A stretch of DNA of 64,000 nucleotides from Nitrosopumilaceae archaeon. Lineage in GTDB: Archaea > Thermoproteota > Nitrososphaeria > Nitrososphaerales > Nitrosopumilaceae. The notes under the pieces are model-generated. The model saw only the letters and a program-made list of their open reading frames with translations, searched no databases and was not told the DNA's origin. Both the position numbers and the translations under genes were made by a program. The stretch is taken from assembly GCA_965207375.1 (NCBI GenBank), contig OZ242274.1, positions 896,001 to 960,000 on the forward strand. Direction: 5' to 3'. Of this stretch, positions 18,495-28,806 are shown in pieces (within the stretch, counting starts at the first letter, position 1; each line of letters begins with the position of its first letter).

Positions 18495-19058
18495 ATGCAA
18501 CTACATTTTATCTTTGTAATTAGGGATGGAGAGTTAGAGGCACGCAGCAAGGAGTTTGAATATGTCAAAGAAATGGCAAAGTTTTTTGCAGTATGGGCCA
18601 AAGAAAAATTTTCAAAGGATTTTACTATACAGTCTGATATCATGATTACAAAACCCCGTGGACTGTTTCGGCGCCTTGACACACATACGCTGATAGATGA
18701 TCACCGTTCCCGTGGACAAGACATTTATCATTTCTATCTGGCACACTTTAGACCTTTTTGGACCGATTGCACATGTGAAGGGTATCATGCAGAAAACTTT
18801 GGTATGATCTGGTGGCAGAAACCAAAAGACGATGACAAATTATTTTTGGCAGAAAAAAACTGCACTACAGTATCTCATGAAATTGCCCACGAACTGTTAA
18901 GACAAAATGGCGTCAAAAAATTCACCACTCTAGTTCATGACACATGGGTAAAACATTTTTTTGCTGATCTGCCATTTGAGCAATATGGCTCTGATTTTAA
19001 ACCTACAACTGACAAGCCACATTTTTTAACCATTGATACCCAGAGTCTACAGATATAG
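18495..19058 (+). CDS. Conserved protein with an HExxH zincin-like motif
   Basis: TVSHEIAHELL. Confidence 0.7.
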   Translation: MQLHFIFVIRDGELEARSKEFEYVKEMAKFFAVWAKEKFSKDFTIQSDIMITKPRGLFRRLDTHTLIDDHRSRGQDIYHFYLAHFRPFWTDCTCEGYHAENFGMIWWQKPKDDDKLFLAEKNCTTVSHEIAHELLRQNGVKKFTTLVHDTWVKHFFADLPFEQYGSDFKPTTDKPHFLTIDTQSLQI

Positions 19059-19134
19059 TATTTACAATCTTTGCATTGTGTTATACTATATCTTTGGATT
19101 ATCTTGATATTTTTTAAAACCAAACAAAATGCAT

Positions 19135-19770
19135 TTAGCATTTAGTTACAGAGTAAATATTGTTTTCAAAATTAGCCGTTTTAAAATCAAGTTTGTTTTC
19201 TGGATCATTTGATCTTGCCTTGTTAAGATTTTCTAATTCTACTAGCGCCTCTCCCTTGAATCCAACAGATGAGCCAAAGACTGCATCAGTTAGCATCGTT
19301 CCATGATCTCCCTTTTTGATGTCATCTACAATTGTGTAAAATTTTATGGTGTCTCTTTTGTTTACCTGTTTTCCGGTTGCCTTGTTTGTTGCAACTGCAA
19401 TGTACATTCCATTATTTTTTACTGCCACAGGTAACTTGTGGTTTTTACCTGATGCGCCAGGAATGGACTCGTTGATTAAAACCTCACACTTGTGGTACAT
19501 GCTAGATACATAAGCATAGAATCTGTATTGGGCAAAGTGACCTGCCTCATCTTCTTTGCATTCGACAAATATTCTGTGCAACAGTTCTAATGCCTCATCA
19601 TTCATGCTTTGTAATCTGTCATCTATGCGTCCCCGTTCCAACAATTCTGAATTGCATTCTTTTGAAACAAGCTCTAAAATGAAATCTGGCAGATTGTAAT
19701 TTTTTAATGCAGCAACAAACGATCCTGCCTGCGACATTCCGAATTTTGGAAAACCTTTGTTGACCATCAA
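19135..19770 (-). CDS. Conserved hypothetical protein (restriction-endonuclease-fold-like C-terminus)
   Basis: 211-aa ORF; ESIPGASGKNHKLPVAV resembles Mrr-type G.SG..H.D segments but lacks the Asp. Confidence 0.6.
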   Translation of the reverse strand: MMVNKGFPKFGMSQAGSFVAALKNYNLPDFILELVSKECNSELLERGRIDDRLQSMNDEALELLHRIFVECKEDEAGHFAQYRFYAYVSSMYHKCEVLINESIPGASGKNHKLPVAVKNNGMYIAVATNKATGKQVNKRDTIKFYTIVDDIKKGDHGTMLTDAVFGSSVGFKGEALVELENLNKARSNDPENKLDFKTANFENNIYSVTKC

Positions 19771-19860
19771 AATCTACCCCTAACTCTCCTCGTTTACAAA
19801 AATAGCTGTTTTGGCTTATAATTGTTAAGGAATAAATCCAAGCCATTTGGGAATATTTGT

Positions 19861-22128
19861 GTGAAAATAGAAACAACTGCCGATTTGGTATCTAATGTTT
19901 ATAAAAAAATTGATGAAAAATCTGCCAATTACCGTAAAATTATCAACAGACCATTGACGCTGGCTGAAAAAATTCTATCTGGACATTTTCATCAAATCCC
20001 TGACAAAAATCTTGATCATGGCAAAAATTATGTTTTTCTAAGACCTGATAGAGTTGCATTACAAGATGTAACCGGTCAAATGGTAATGCTACAGTTTATG
20101 CTAGCAGGACTAAAACAGACGACGCTTCCAACAACTGTTCACTGTGATCATCTCATCCGTGCACAAATACAGGGAGATGCCGACATGAAGACATCCCTTG
20201 ATGAAAACAGCGAGGTTTTTCAATTTCTACAATCATCTTCTAGCAAGTACGGTGTAGGATTTTGGAAACCGGGAGCTGGCATCATTCATCAGGTAATTTT
20301 AGAAAATTATGCATTTCCTGGAGGACTGATGATTGGAACAGACTCTCACACTCCAAATGCCGGAGGACTAGGCATGCTTGCAATCGGAGTGGGAGGCGTG
20401 GATGCTGCCGAGACAATGGCCGGAATGCCTTGGGAGCTTCTTTATCCAAAACGCATCGGCATAAAACTTGTAGGCAAGCTTCAGGGATGGAGCGCACCAA
20501 AAGATATAATTTTAAAGGTTGCACAAAGTCTGACAGTTTCTGGTGGAACAAATTCCATTGTTGAATACTTTGGTCCTGGCACAGAATCAATCAGCTGTAC
20601 AGGAAAGGCAACCATTACAAACATGGGTGCAGAAATTGGCGCAACCTGTTCTGTGTTTCCTTATGATATTCGAATGGAGACATTTCTAAAAAGCACAAAC
20701 CGCAGGCACATTGCAGAGCTTGCAAATAAAAACAAACATCTTTTGACTGCTGATCCTGAAATAGAACAGTGTCCTGAAAAATATTTTGACAAGGTAATTG
20801 AAATCAACTTATCGACACTAGAGCCCCACGTTGTAGGACCTCACACCCCTGACCTAGCAAGACCCATATCAAAACTAGAATCAGACGTCCAATCAGAAAA
20901 CTATGTTGATGATATCTCTGTTGCATTAATTGGAAGCTGTACAAATTCTTCGTATGAGGATATGTCTCGTGCAGCTAGTCTTGCAGAGCAGGCAAAAGCC
21001 AAAGGACTTTGCTCAAAGGTTCCATTGCTAGTAACTCCAGGCTCTGAACAAATACGCAGTACCATACAGCGTGACGGTCAGATGCAATCCCTTGTAGATA
21101 TTGGCGCAACCGTCCTAGCAAATGCATGTGGCCCTTGTATCGGCCAATGGAGGCGGCCAGAATTAAAGGAGGATGAACAAAACACGATTGTAACCTCATT
21201 TAACCGAAATTTCCCGGGGCGCAACGACGGCAGGCGCCAAACCTTTAACTTTATTGCTAGTCCTGAGATGATAATTGCCCTAGCATTAGGCGGAAGTCTC
21301 TCCTTTAACCCAATAACTGACCAATTAACTGCAGCTGACGGTTCTAAATTCAAACTAGAGCCTCCTGCACCTGCCCCAGAGGTCCCAGATAACGGCTTTA
21401 AAACCCCAGAGGGCATATATCTTGCGCCATCTGATGATCCTGACTCTGTCAAGGTAATAATTGATCCTGCAAGCAAACGACTGCAAAAGTTAATGCCGTT
21501 TGATGCTTGGGATGGAGGGGACTTTGTTTCGCTGCCTTTGATGGTAAAGGCCAAGGGAAAGTGCACTACCGATCATATCTCTCCTGCGGGGCCATGGTTA
21601 TCTTTTAGGGGGCATCTTGATAATCTCAGTGACAACATGCTTTTAGGTGCAGTCAATGCATTTACCGGCGATGTGGGCAAGGGACGCAACATACTGTCAC
21701 ATGAAACTGACATGTTTCCTAGTATTGCACGAGACTATAAGAAAAATAATCTAAAATGGATAATTGTGGGCGATGACAACTATGGCGAAGGCAGTAGCAG
21801 AGAACACGCTGCCATGACTCCAAGATATCTTAATTGTGCTGCCGTAATTACCAAAAGTTTTGCACGAATTCACGAAACTAATCTCAAAAAGCAGGGAGTA
21901 TTGGCACTTGTCTTTGAAAATCCTGACGATTATGACAGAATTTGCGAATCTGACAAAATCAGTATAGTTGATTTGCAAAATCTGGCACCTGATGAATCTG
22001 TCAGATGCATACTTGCTCATCAGGATGGTACACAAGACGAGATTTCCTTGATACATTCTTACAACAATGCCCAAATTCAATGGTTCAAGGCAGGATCTGC
22101 ACTAAACGTTCTTAGAGCAAAACAATAA
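19861..22128 (+). CDS. acn: Aconitate hydratase
   Basis: DRVALQD, HCDH, DSHTPN, GSCTNSS, ACGPCIG and GSSREHAA motifs; likely GTG start at 19861. Confidence 0.96.
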   Translation: MKIETTADLVSNVYKKIDEKSANYRKIINRPLTLAEKILSGHFHQIPDKNLDHGKNYVFLRPDRVALQDVTGQMVMLQFMLAGLKQTTLPTTVHCDHLIRAQIQGDADMKTSLDENSEVFQFLQSSSSKYGVGFWKPGAGIIHQVILENYAFPGGLMIGTDSHTPNAGGLGMLAIGVGGVDAAETMAGMPWELLYPKRIGIKLVGKLQGWSAPKDIILKVAQSLTVSGGTNSIVEYFGPGTESISCTGKATITNMGAEIGATCSVFPYDIRMETFLKSTNRRHIAELANKNKHLLTADPEIEQCPEKYFDKVIEINLSTLEPHVVGPHTPDLARPISKLESDVQSENYVDDISVALIGSCTNSSYEDMSRAASLAEQAKAKGLCSKVPLLVTPGSEQIRSTIQRDGQMQSLVDIGATVLANACGPCIGQWRRPELKEDEQNTIVTSFNRNFPGRNDGRRQTFNFIASPEMIIALALGGSLSFNPITDQLTAADGSKFKLEPPAPAPEVPDNGFKTPEGIYLAPSDDPDSVKVIIDPASKRLQKLMPFDAWDGGDFVSLPLMVKAKGKCTTDHISPAGPWLSFRGHLDNLSDNMLLGAVNAFTGDVGKGRNILSHETDMFPSIARDYKKNNLKWIIVGDDNYGEGSSREHAAMTPRYLNCAAVITKSFARIHETNLKKQGVLALVFENPDDYDRICESDKISIVDLQNLAPDESVRCILAHQDGTQDEISLIHSYNNAQIQWFKAGSALNVLRAKQ

Positions 22129-22132
22129 GACG

Positions 22133-22287
22133 TGGGGCCGACCGGAATCGAACCGGCGACCTACGGGTCACTACAGCTCCAAACTCACATCATTTTTTCA
22201 TCAGTAGTTTGAATTTTAACCTCTGGAGCCCTTAGCGGTGATCTTTTTCGTAGACACTGTCGCCCTACCAGGCTAGGCTACGACCCC
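22133..22287 (-). tRNA. tRNA-Trp(CCA) with two introns (22232-22258 at 28/29; 22169-22222 at 37/38)
   Basis: Spliced anticodon arm acggg-ctCCAga-cccgt; clear BHB at the 28/29 intron; C/D-like boxes in the long intron. Confidence 0.85.
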
Positions 22288-22373
22288 ACGAATTATCAGT
22301 TATCAGACTTGAATTTTAAGTTATATTTGGTCAAGCTTTATTTGTCAAAACCTTGTTAATGATTTTATACATA

Positions 22374-22904
22374 ATGGTTAAACCGGTAATTCTGGCAGTG
22401 GCTGCAATTCCTGCAATTTTTGCAATTATGATATCTGTTCCAATGCTGACTAAAACTGAGATCCCATACAGTGCTGCAAATCCCACCGATTCAATCTCAT
22501 TAGAGTATACCACACATCAACTCAAAACGATATCCTTTGGTGTAACAGAACGTGTTGGATCTGTAAAAAGCGAAATTTTAACAGTTGAAAACGATGGTGC
22601 TGCAACTTATACCCTGATTCAACACGGCACCTCAGAGCCTGAAAAAAAATTCAGAGTAGATGAGGCAACCATGCGTAAACTAACTGCATTTATCAAAGAA
22701 ACCGGAATTGTCTCAATTCCTACAGAGTCATTTCCTGTAACCGGTGATATATCAGAGTATCAAAAATCCACATTGAAAATTACACTCAACGACTATGATA
22801 CACAAATCAGCTGGCCAGAACAAAATGCTACTGACAGCTTTATTCCGCCTCTACTTACTCAAATTGAATTAGAACTTGATGATATAGTTGATGCTATTGA
22901 ATAG
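22374..22904 (+). CDS. Membrane-anchored hypothetical protein
   Basis: N-terminal TM followed by a soluble domain. Confidence 0.75.
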   Translation: MVKPVILAVAAIPAIFAIMISVPMLTKTEIPYSAANPTDSISLEYTTHQLKTISFGVTERVGSVKSEILTVENDGAATYTLIQHGTSEPEKKFRVDEATMRKLTAFIKETGIVSIPTESFPVTGDISEYQKSTLKITLNDYDTQISWPEQNATDSFIPPLLTQIELELDDIVDAIE

Positions 22905-22919
22905 GTACAAATACGGAAT

Positions 22920-23903
22920 ATGCAGATTAATCATATGATTTCATTAGCAGGTGATAATCCAAAAGCCAGAGGAATCGTTGATGGAAATTTAGATTCTGTT
23001 TATACAAAACAAGGAACATCCACCCTTAAGCGAGGTTTTGCCCACATGCTCAAAAACGGAGTAGTAATGGATGTTACAACAGTACAACAGGCCCAAATCG
23101 CAGAAGATGCAGGAGCAGTATCTGTCATGGTTTTAGATAAACTGCCTTCTGATGTCAGAAAGGCAGGAGGAGTTGCAAGAACTGCAAGTATTAAAATAAT
23201 TGAAGAAATAATGGACTCTGTTACCATTCCTGTAATGGCAAAATGCAGAATAGGACATGTGTATGAGGCGCAAGTTTTAGCCCAAACCGACGTTGACATG
23301 ATTGACGAGTCTGAAGTTTTAACTCCTGCTGATGAATCTCGTCACATCTGGAAGTGGGATTTTACTACTCCATTTGTCAACGGTGCAAGATCCCTTTCAG
23401 AGGCGTTAAGAAGAATTGATGAGGGTGCTGCAATGATTAGAACAAAGGGAGAGCCTGGAACCGGAAATGTTGCAGAGGCAATAACTCACATCAAAAAGGT
23501 AAACGAAGAGATACGCACAATAAAGTCCATTTATGATTCTGGGGATAATCAGGATCTAATCAGGATGTCAAGGGAGTTTAGGGTATCTTTTGATTTAGTT
23601 GAGCAAACAGCAAAACTTGGCAGACTACCTGTGGTTAATTTTGCAGCAGGTGGGATTGCAACACCTGCAGATGCTGCATATCTAATGTCCCTAGGATGCG
23701 ATGGAATCTTTGTAGGTTCTGGAATTTTTAACTCTGATGACGCACAAGAGCGGGCACGCTCAATTGTCTTGGCAACAACATTTTGGGACCAACCAGACCG
23801 GGTAAAGGAGGCACAAAAAATGATTGATGAACGCCAATCAATGCTAGGACTAGATGTAAAAACACTGGAATTACGCATGCAGGACAGAGGCGGTCAGGCA
23901 TGA
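22920..23903 (+). CDS. pdxS: Pyridoxal 5'-phosphate synthase lyase subunit
   Basis: GVVMDV, DESEVLT, IRTKGE and [10 protein letters not shown] motifs. Confidence 0.96.
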   Translation: MQINHMISLAGDNPKARGIVDGNLDSVYTKQGTSTLKRGFAHMLKNGVVMDVTTVQQAQIAEDAGAVSVMVLDKLPSDVRKAGGVARTASIKIIEEIMDSVTIPVMAKCRIGHVYEAQVLAQTDVDMIDESEVLTPADESRHIWKWDFTTPFVNGARSLSEALRRIDEGAAMIRTKGEPGTGNVAEAITHIKKVNEEIRTIKSIYDSGDNQDLIRMSREFRVSFDLVEQTAKLGRLPVVNFAAGGIATPADAAYLMSLGCDGIFVGSGIFNSDDAQERARSIVLATTFWDQPDRVKEAQKMIDERQSMLGLDVKTLELRMQDRGGQA

Positions 23904-24517
23904 CTTTACAGCTGGGCGTTTTGGCAATTCAGGGAAATGTGCATGAAAATGTATTCTCCTTGGAAGATTCTGTACGTGAGTTAAATCAGGATGCTGTTGT
24001 TTTGGCAGTAAAAACACCTAAACAAATAGCTAAACTTGACGGACTGATTATTCCAGGTGGGGAAAGCACCACCATAGGACGGCTCTCGTTGGCAAACGAC
24101 TCTCTGAAGCAAATAAAACAAAGGGTTGAATCTGGAATGCCTGTTTTGGGTATTTGTGCTGGCATGGTTTTGCTTGCAAATGATGCCCGTGATAAAATAG
24201 TGGGAAAAACTGGACAGCCACTGTTTGATTTTTTAGATATTAAACTAGAAAGAAATTCGTTTGGAAGGCAACGTGAGTCTTTTGAGGCTATCGTTTCCTT
24301 GGATTCTATAGGAATCAAAAGACATGACGGTGTCTTTATCCGTGCACCTGCAATTACGTCCGTATCAGGAGATATCACAGTACTGGCAAAGTTGAATGAA
24401 AAAATTATTGCAGTCAAAAAGGGAAACATTATTGGTATTTCATTTCATCCTGAACTCACCGATGATCTGGCAGTGCACAAATACTTTGTAAATTTGGTAA
24501 AAGATTCAAAGCAATGA
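23900..24517 (+). CDS. pdxT: Pyridoxal 5'-phosphate synthase glutaminase subunit
   Basis: PGGESTT, GICAG and SFHPE motifs. Confidence 0.96.
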   Translation: MTLQLGVLAIQGNVHENVFSLEDSVRELNQDAVVLAVKTPKQIAKLDGLIIPGGESTTIGRLSLANDSLKQIKQRVESGMPVLGICAGMVLLANDARDKIVGKTGQPLFDFLDIKLERNSFGRQRESFEAIVSLDSIGIKRHDGVFIRAPAITSVSGDITVLAKLNEKIIAVKKGNIIGISFHPELTDDLAVHKYFVNLVKDSKQ

Positions 24518-24891
24518 TGTTAAAAGAAATTCTCTCTGATCTAGTTTCTATTGATGATATCTTGTTTGTCATAAGGGCAAATGGTGTTACCGGTGAGATT
24601 CGCAGTGATACCCTTGATATTTTTGAGCGTGAAAAATACATAAATCTTGGAGACAATGACGGGCCCTGTCACATGCATATTAGTAAGGAATTGATAAAAC
24701 GGGCAGAATTTATAACTGAGCAAAAACCTGAACGAATCAGTTTCAGTGTTAGATTCTTTGATGAATATGACAAACGAGTTCTTGCCTGTTTTTTTACAAA
24801 AATGTATGATGATAACGGAGAACTCAAAGAAGACAAAAAGCAGCTATTTGATGAGCTTTGTACAAAGTACAATCAAAAAATAATCTTCTAG
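24514..24891 (+). CDS. ChuX/HutX-like heme/substrate-binding protein
   Basis: 125 aa; YINLG...CHMHI...SFSVRFFD...ACFF pattern; ATGA overlap with pdxT. Confidence 0.65.
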   Translation: MMLKEILSDLVSIDDILFVIRANGVTGEIRSDTLDIFEREKYINLGDNDGPCHMHISKELIKRAEFITEQKPERISFSVRFFDEYDKRVLACFFTKMYDDNGELKEDKKQLFDELCTKYNQKIIF

Positions 24892-25722
24892 ATTATCTTT
24901 ACATGCAACTATTTAATTACATACACATGGAGAAAGTTTGTCGATCTCTATGTTTGTTCTATGTTTTAATAATTATGATAGGGATTAAGTAACCTATACA
25001 ACGAACAGTTGCAATGACTAGAACAACTTGTGCAGCAATCATAATTACAATTATGCTTGTATCAGTGGGACTATCTAATGCGATTGTTCCTAATGCCTTT
25101 GCACAAGGCAGCGGTTCATCTGTTGTATGTGGATTGATGCTGTGCTCTGAATATTCTGGAGGTAGAGCAGCATATGAGGAAAACTGGGTTATGGCATTTC
25201 TAAATCCTAACCCTGTGTCCAAAATGCACCATGATGATACACGTGATACTGCTTTGATATCTCCGCACAATGCTGATGCAGAATTTGCAGCAAAGCTTGA
25301 TGTCTTTATCCACAAGTTCGAATTGGACAAGATTTCAGCCCAAGAGGCACTAGATGAAATCGTCAACATTCATAATCAGTATAAAAGTGCAGGAATCACA
25401 TCTGATATCATCGAAGCAGTTGATGAAAAAATCGCTCTGATAAACTCTGGCAAACTCTCAGGAGCTGCTGCAGTTGAGGCAATACACCTGACAGCAGAGC
25501 CACAAAACGTAGATCCTGAATACATTGGGGCGCTAGATGAATATCTGCACAAATTCGAGTTGAACCAATTATCTGCAGATGAATCTATTGCAGGTGTAAT
25601 TGAGGTACACGACGAATTGACTTTACTACATGTTTCCTCTGATCTTGTAGATACAGTTGGCATTCAAATCAACATATACAGATCAGGTGAGGATTCAGCA
25701 GAACACATTTTGGAAAAAATTC

Positions 25723-27504
25723 GTAACTGTTTCGCTTTTTGAAGCTCTCTCAGATAGTCATGCGCAACATCCCCTATCATTTGCAATTTGCCATTACTCA
25801 GGATATAATATACAGAAATAATGCTATCCTGGACTGTAGGAATTTTGTAAAATGTCATAAAAGACAGTATTTTGAATCTTGCTAGTTGCAAGTATTGTAA
25901 ACAGTATGGAATTGGCCTCCATGCCTGCAGCAGAACGATTCCCACCTCCATCATGCCGTATTGATACAAAACGCCGGTTCATTCTCTCCACTCCGTTGTT
26001 GTCAGGTTCAATCCCCTCCATTGTCAGAAACGTAGTGGTGTAGTATCCTTCCCTCCTCCATCTCTTTTGGAACCTGCGTATCGTGCCGTGCTTGTCATCT
26101 GTCCATTCTGCATTCATAAGCTGACGCATTTGACTGTCAAGACAGTTGGCTGCCACCTTTCTTGAGTGCATATCAGTTATCTTGTTTGCAGTATAGTGTT
26201 GCTTGCATAGATGTTCAAGTTCGTTTAGAAACTGTAGTACATCTCCCTTGGGATTGCCGTATTTGATTTCTTTTTTTGGCAGCCGAATCTGGTGTGCCAT
26301 GCACATCTGATGAATCAGTCCTATGTGTAGCCAGCCCGGATACGAGTCATGCGATGAAACTCCCTTGTATCCAGGCAGAAATTTCTTTAATGCCTCTATT
26401 TTTCTGGTTTGGGATACCTCCATCAGACAGTTATTCTTGCCTAGTGCAACTAGCACGTATCCTTGCTTGCCATCAATTGGCCACCAGAACTCGTCACACA
26501 TTAGGTTTTGCTCCTTGAGAATATCTTCTCTTATGGAATCCCGCATGGGTGTACATTTTTTGGCCAATGACATCTTGTCGCGATATGCTGCTGCGCGTGA
26601 TATGTTTACCCCCATTATGTCCTTTGAATGCTCTGCAGTCCTGCCGTGCGACATGCCTGACAGGTTCAAAGATGTGATTGCAGCCGTATGGCTTGATGAT
26701 CTACGCGCATACTTGTCCACTCCTGGAATGGGCTGGGATTTTTGCTTTTTACATTTAGAACACCAGCGTCTTTTCATGTTGAATAGTACGTTTTCCCGTA
26801 TGGTTTGTACAATGGTGGCCACCCTATCGTATTCACTAGTTATCGTTTCTGACATCTTTGCGCCACAGTCAGGACAGCAAGGATCATCTATTGTTTCTTC
26901 TCGGTCTATGTTGTCTGGTCGCCTGTTGATGGTGGCTTTTTGCCCCTTGGGTCTACCCCTAGGTTTGTCCTTGTTACCTGATTTGTCTGCTGCAGTTACT
27001 GCCTTGATGCCGTTTTTCTTTGCTCTTAACTCTTGGTTTGCCTTTTGATACTTTTTGTTGTCTTTGGTAAGAGATGTGTTTTCTATAATCAACCTGTCTG
27101 ATTTCTCTTGCTTTTTGGATATTATCTCAGATACCTCTTTGACATTATTTGTACATGACATCTTGTCAATGCCGGTTTGTTGCAACCACCATTTACAGCA
27201 CCTGCACTCTTTCTCAAGGCACGGTCTATCTGCGTGTGGTATGTTAGATTGGGCCTCAGAACGGGTCAATTCTTTTTGCCCCTGTAATTCTGATTTGATA
27301 CTGCTAATTCATTTAGCTTAAATAGGTAATCTACGAGTCTGTTTTGCTGGTGTGCTTGTTCCATCATTTGAAAGCCGATGGAACATTACATCATGCATGT
27401 TTTAGATAGAATGTAAAGAAAATTAGATCAACAGGTACGAATTACTTGGCAAGCAAATCTGAGGCATATAACTAGATTGAAGCTTCAAAAAGCGAAACAG
27501 TTAC
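25723..27504 (-). mobile_element. IS66-family insertion sequence (single-ORF, ISBst12-like), 1782 bp
   Basis: Perfect 24-bp TIRs gtaactgtttcgctttttgaagct; 8-bp TSD aaaaattc (25715-25722 and 27505-27512). Confidence 0.93.
25824..27269 (-). CDS. IS66-family transposase
   Basis: Coiled coil, KPRGRPKG, CPDCG...CSKC zinc finger, CDE, HDSYPGW, QMCMAH and DNNGVERMNR motifs. Confidence 0.9.
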   Translation of the reverse strand: MTRSEAQSNIPHADRPCLEKECRCCKWWLQQTGIDKMSCTNNVKEVSEIISKKQEKSDRLIIENTSLTKDNKKYQKANQELRAKKNGIKAVTAADKSGNKDKPRGRPKGQKATINRRPDNIDREETIDDPCCPDCGAKMSETITSEYDRVATIVQTIRENVLFNMKRRWCSKCKKQKSQPIPGVDKYARRSSSHTAAITSLNLSGMSHGRTAEHSKDIMGVNISRAAAYRDKMSLAKKCTPMRDSIREDILKEQNLMCDEFWWPIDGKQGYVLVALGKNNCLMEVSQTRKIEALKKFLPGYKGVSSHDSYPGWLHIGLIHQMCMAHQIRLPKKEIKYGNPKGDVLQFLNELEHLCKQHYTANKITDMHSRKVAANCLDSQMRQLMNAEWTDDKHGTIRRFQKRWRREGYYTTTFLTMEGIEPDNNGVERMNRRFVSIRHDGGGNRSAAGMEANSILFTILATSKIQNTVFYDILQNSYSPG

Positions 27505-27981
27505 AAAAATTCATAAAATAATTGAATCTAAAAAGGCAGAGATCAAATCTGTAGATGGTCAAATGATACCAAAAGAATTGCCCCCAAATACTGTTGACAT
27601 GCCTGTAGGTTCAGGAATTTTAGGATGTGAGAAAAACAACATGTGCTATGTTCCGACACACTTGACAGTTAGTGCAGGAACCACTGTAACTTGGATTAAT
27701 TCTGATGGTTTAATTCCTCATACAGTAACTGCAGGCTGGCCTGATTCAGATGCAATAGGTCTAGACTATCCCGGAGGCAATGGATTTGACAGTGACTTTA
27801 TGTCCGGCGGTGCCACATTTGAACATACATTTGATGTGCCAGGAGAATATGATTATTACTGTCTGTTACATCCGTGGATGACGGGCTCTATCAATGTAGA
27901 GTAATCCTTTTCTTTTTTTAGTAATTATCTAGATGCTATACATATTGTACAAAAAATGAATACATTTTTTGATCCTGAAAT

Positions 27982-28803
27982 TTACATAGATGTAAAAATA
28001 TACGGCGTATCTTTTTTCTGATCCATGGTCCAGCATGTTGGCAAGACAATTACATTTTTTACATCAAGACCGATTTTGTCAATGACAAAACCCCATCCCA
28101 ATTTTTCCTTGCTTCTTGAGAATTTTTTCAGCTGGAAACTTCCCATAAACACAAATGCTGATTCATTTTTTAGATTCCCATATGTAGATACTTTTGCAAT
28201 GATGCTTTTTGCCAACATCTCGCCCATCTCTGGTAGTCCGCCTATGAAAAATACCGGTTTTGTCAGTCCTAATGTGAGATAGTCAAATTCATCTGCATCT
28301 GCATGTTTTATGCCAAATCTTATGCCTGTGTCTTGTGCTATTTGCTGCTGCAGCTCCGACAAGCTCTCATCAATCTCAATTCCAAAAGACTCTAATCCGA
28401 CAATCTGTCCGCAATATGCAATTCTTCCGTCTCCAGAACCAATATCTACAATTTGCCTCATCCCCAATCTTTTTGATTCTAGTGCCACCTGATATGCTGA
28501 GAGAATCCACGTTGGATAAAATGGCTGATTACTTACATCATGCTTGATGCTGCTTATCCAATATTGATTAATGTCTCCCTCATAAACAACACATGGAATT
28601 TTTAAAATTTCCATTTCAAAGGAATTGTAGTATATTGGGTTTTTCCTAGCAAACTCATGCAGCTTTTCTAGCACCGATATCTCAATTGGAATTAAATCAG
28701 AAGATTCCTTTGGAATGGCCTCCCTAATGTGCCCATTGCCCTTGTATTTTCTAACAAACTCTGCCTTTAATTTTGAAATTGAACTATGTATATGCTCCAT
28801 CAT
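27982..28803 (-). CDS. Class I SAM-dependent methyltransferase-like protein
   Basis: IVDIGSGDGRI and GIEID motifs. Confidence 0.75.
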   Translation of the reverse strand: MMEHIHSSISKLKAEFVRKYKGNGHIREAIPKESSDLIPIEISVLEKLHEFARKNPIYYNSFEMEILKIPCVVYEGDINQYWISSIKHDVSNQPFYPTWILSAYQVALESKRLGMRQIVDIGSGDGRIAYCGQIVGLESFGIEIDESLSELQQQIAQDTGIRFGIKHADADEFDYLTLGLTKPVFFIGGLPEMGEMLAKSIIAKVSTYGNLKNESAFVFMGSFQLKKFSRSKEKLGWGFVIDKIGLDVKNVIVLPTCWTMDQKKDTPYIFTSM

Positions 28804-28806
28804 GAC

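Larger units (their letters stand above)
25014..27904 (+). pseudogene. Secreted blue-copper (plastocyanin/azurin-domain) protein interrupted by IS66
   Basis: Joining 25014-25722 to 27513-27904 gives an in-frame 366-aa ORF (...LEKIHKIIESKK...MIPKELPP...PHTVT...YYCLLHPWM). Confidence 0.88.

Noticed and set aside
27563-27904. Independent 113-aa plastocyanin gene
   Set aside because: It lacks a signal peptide and is the in-frame 3' half of the IS66-interrupted gene.
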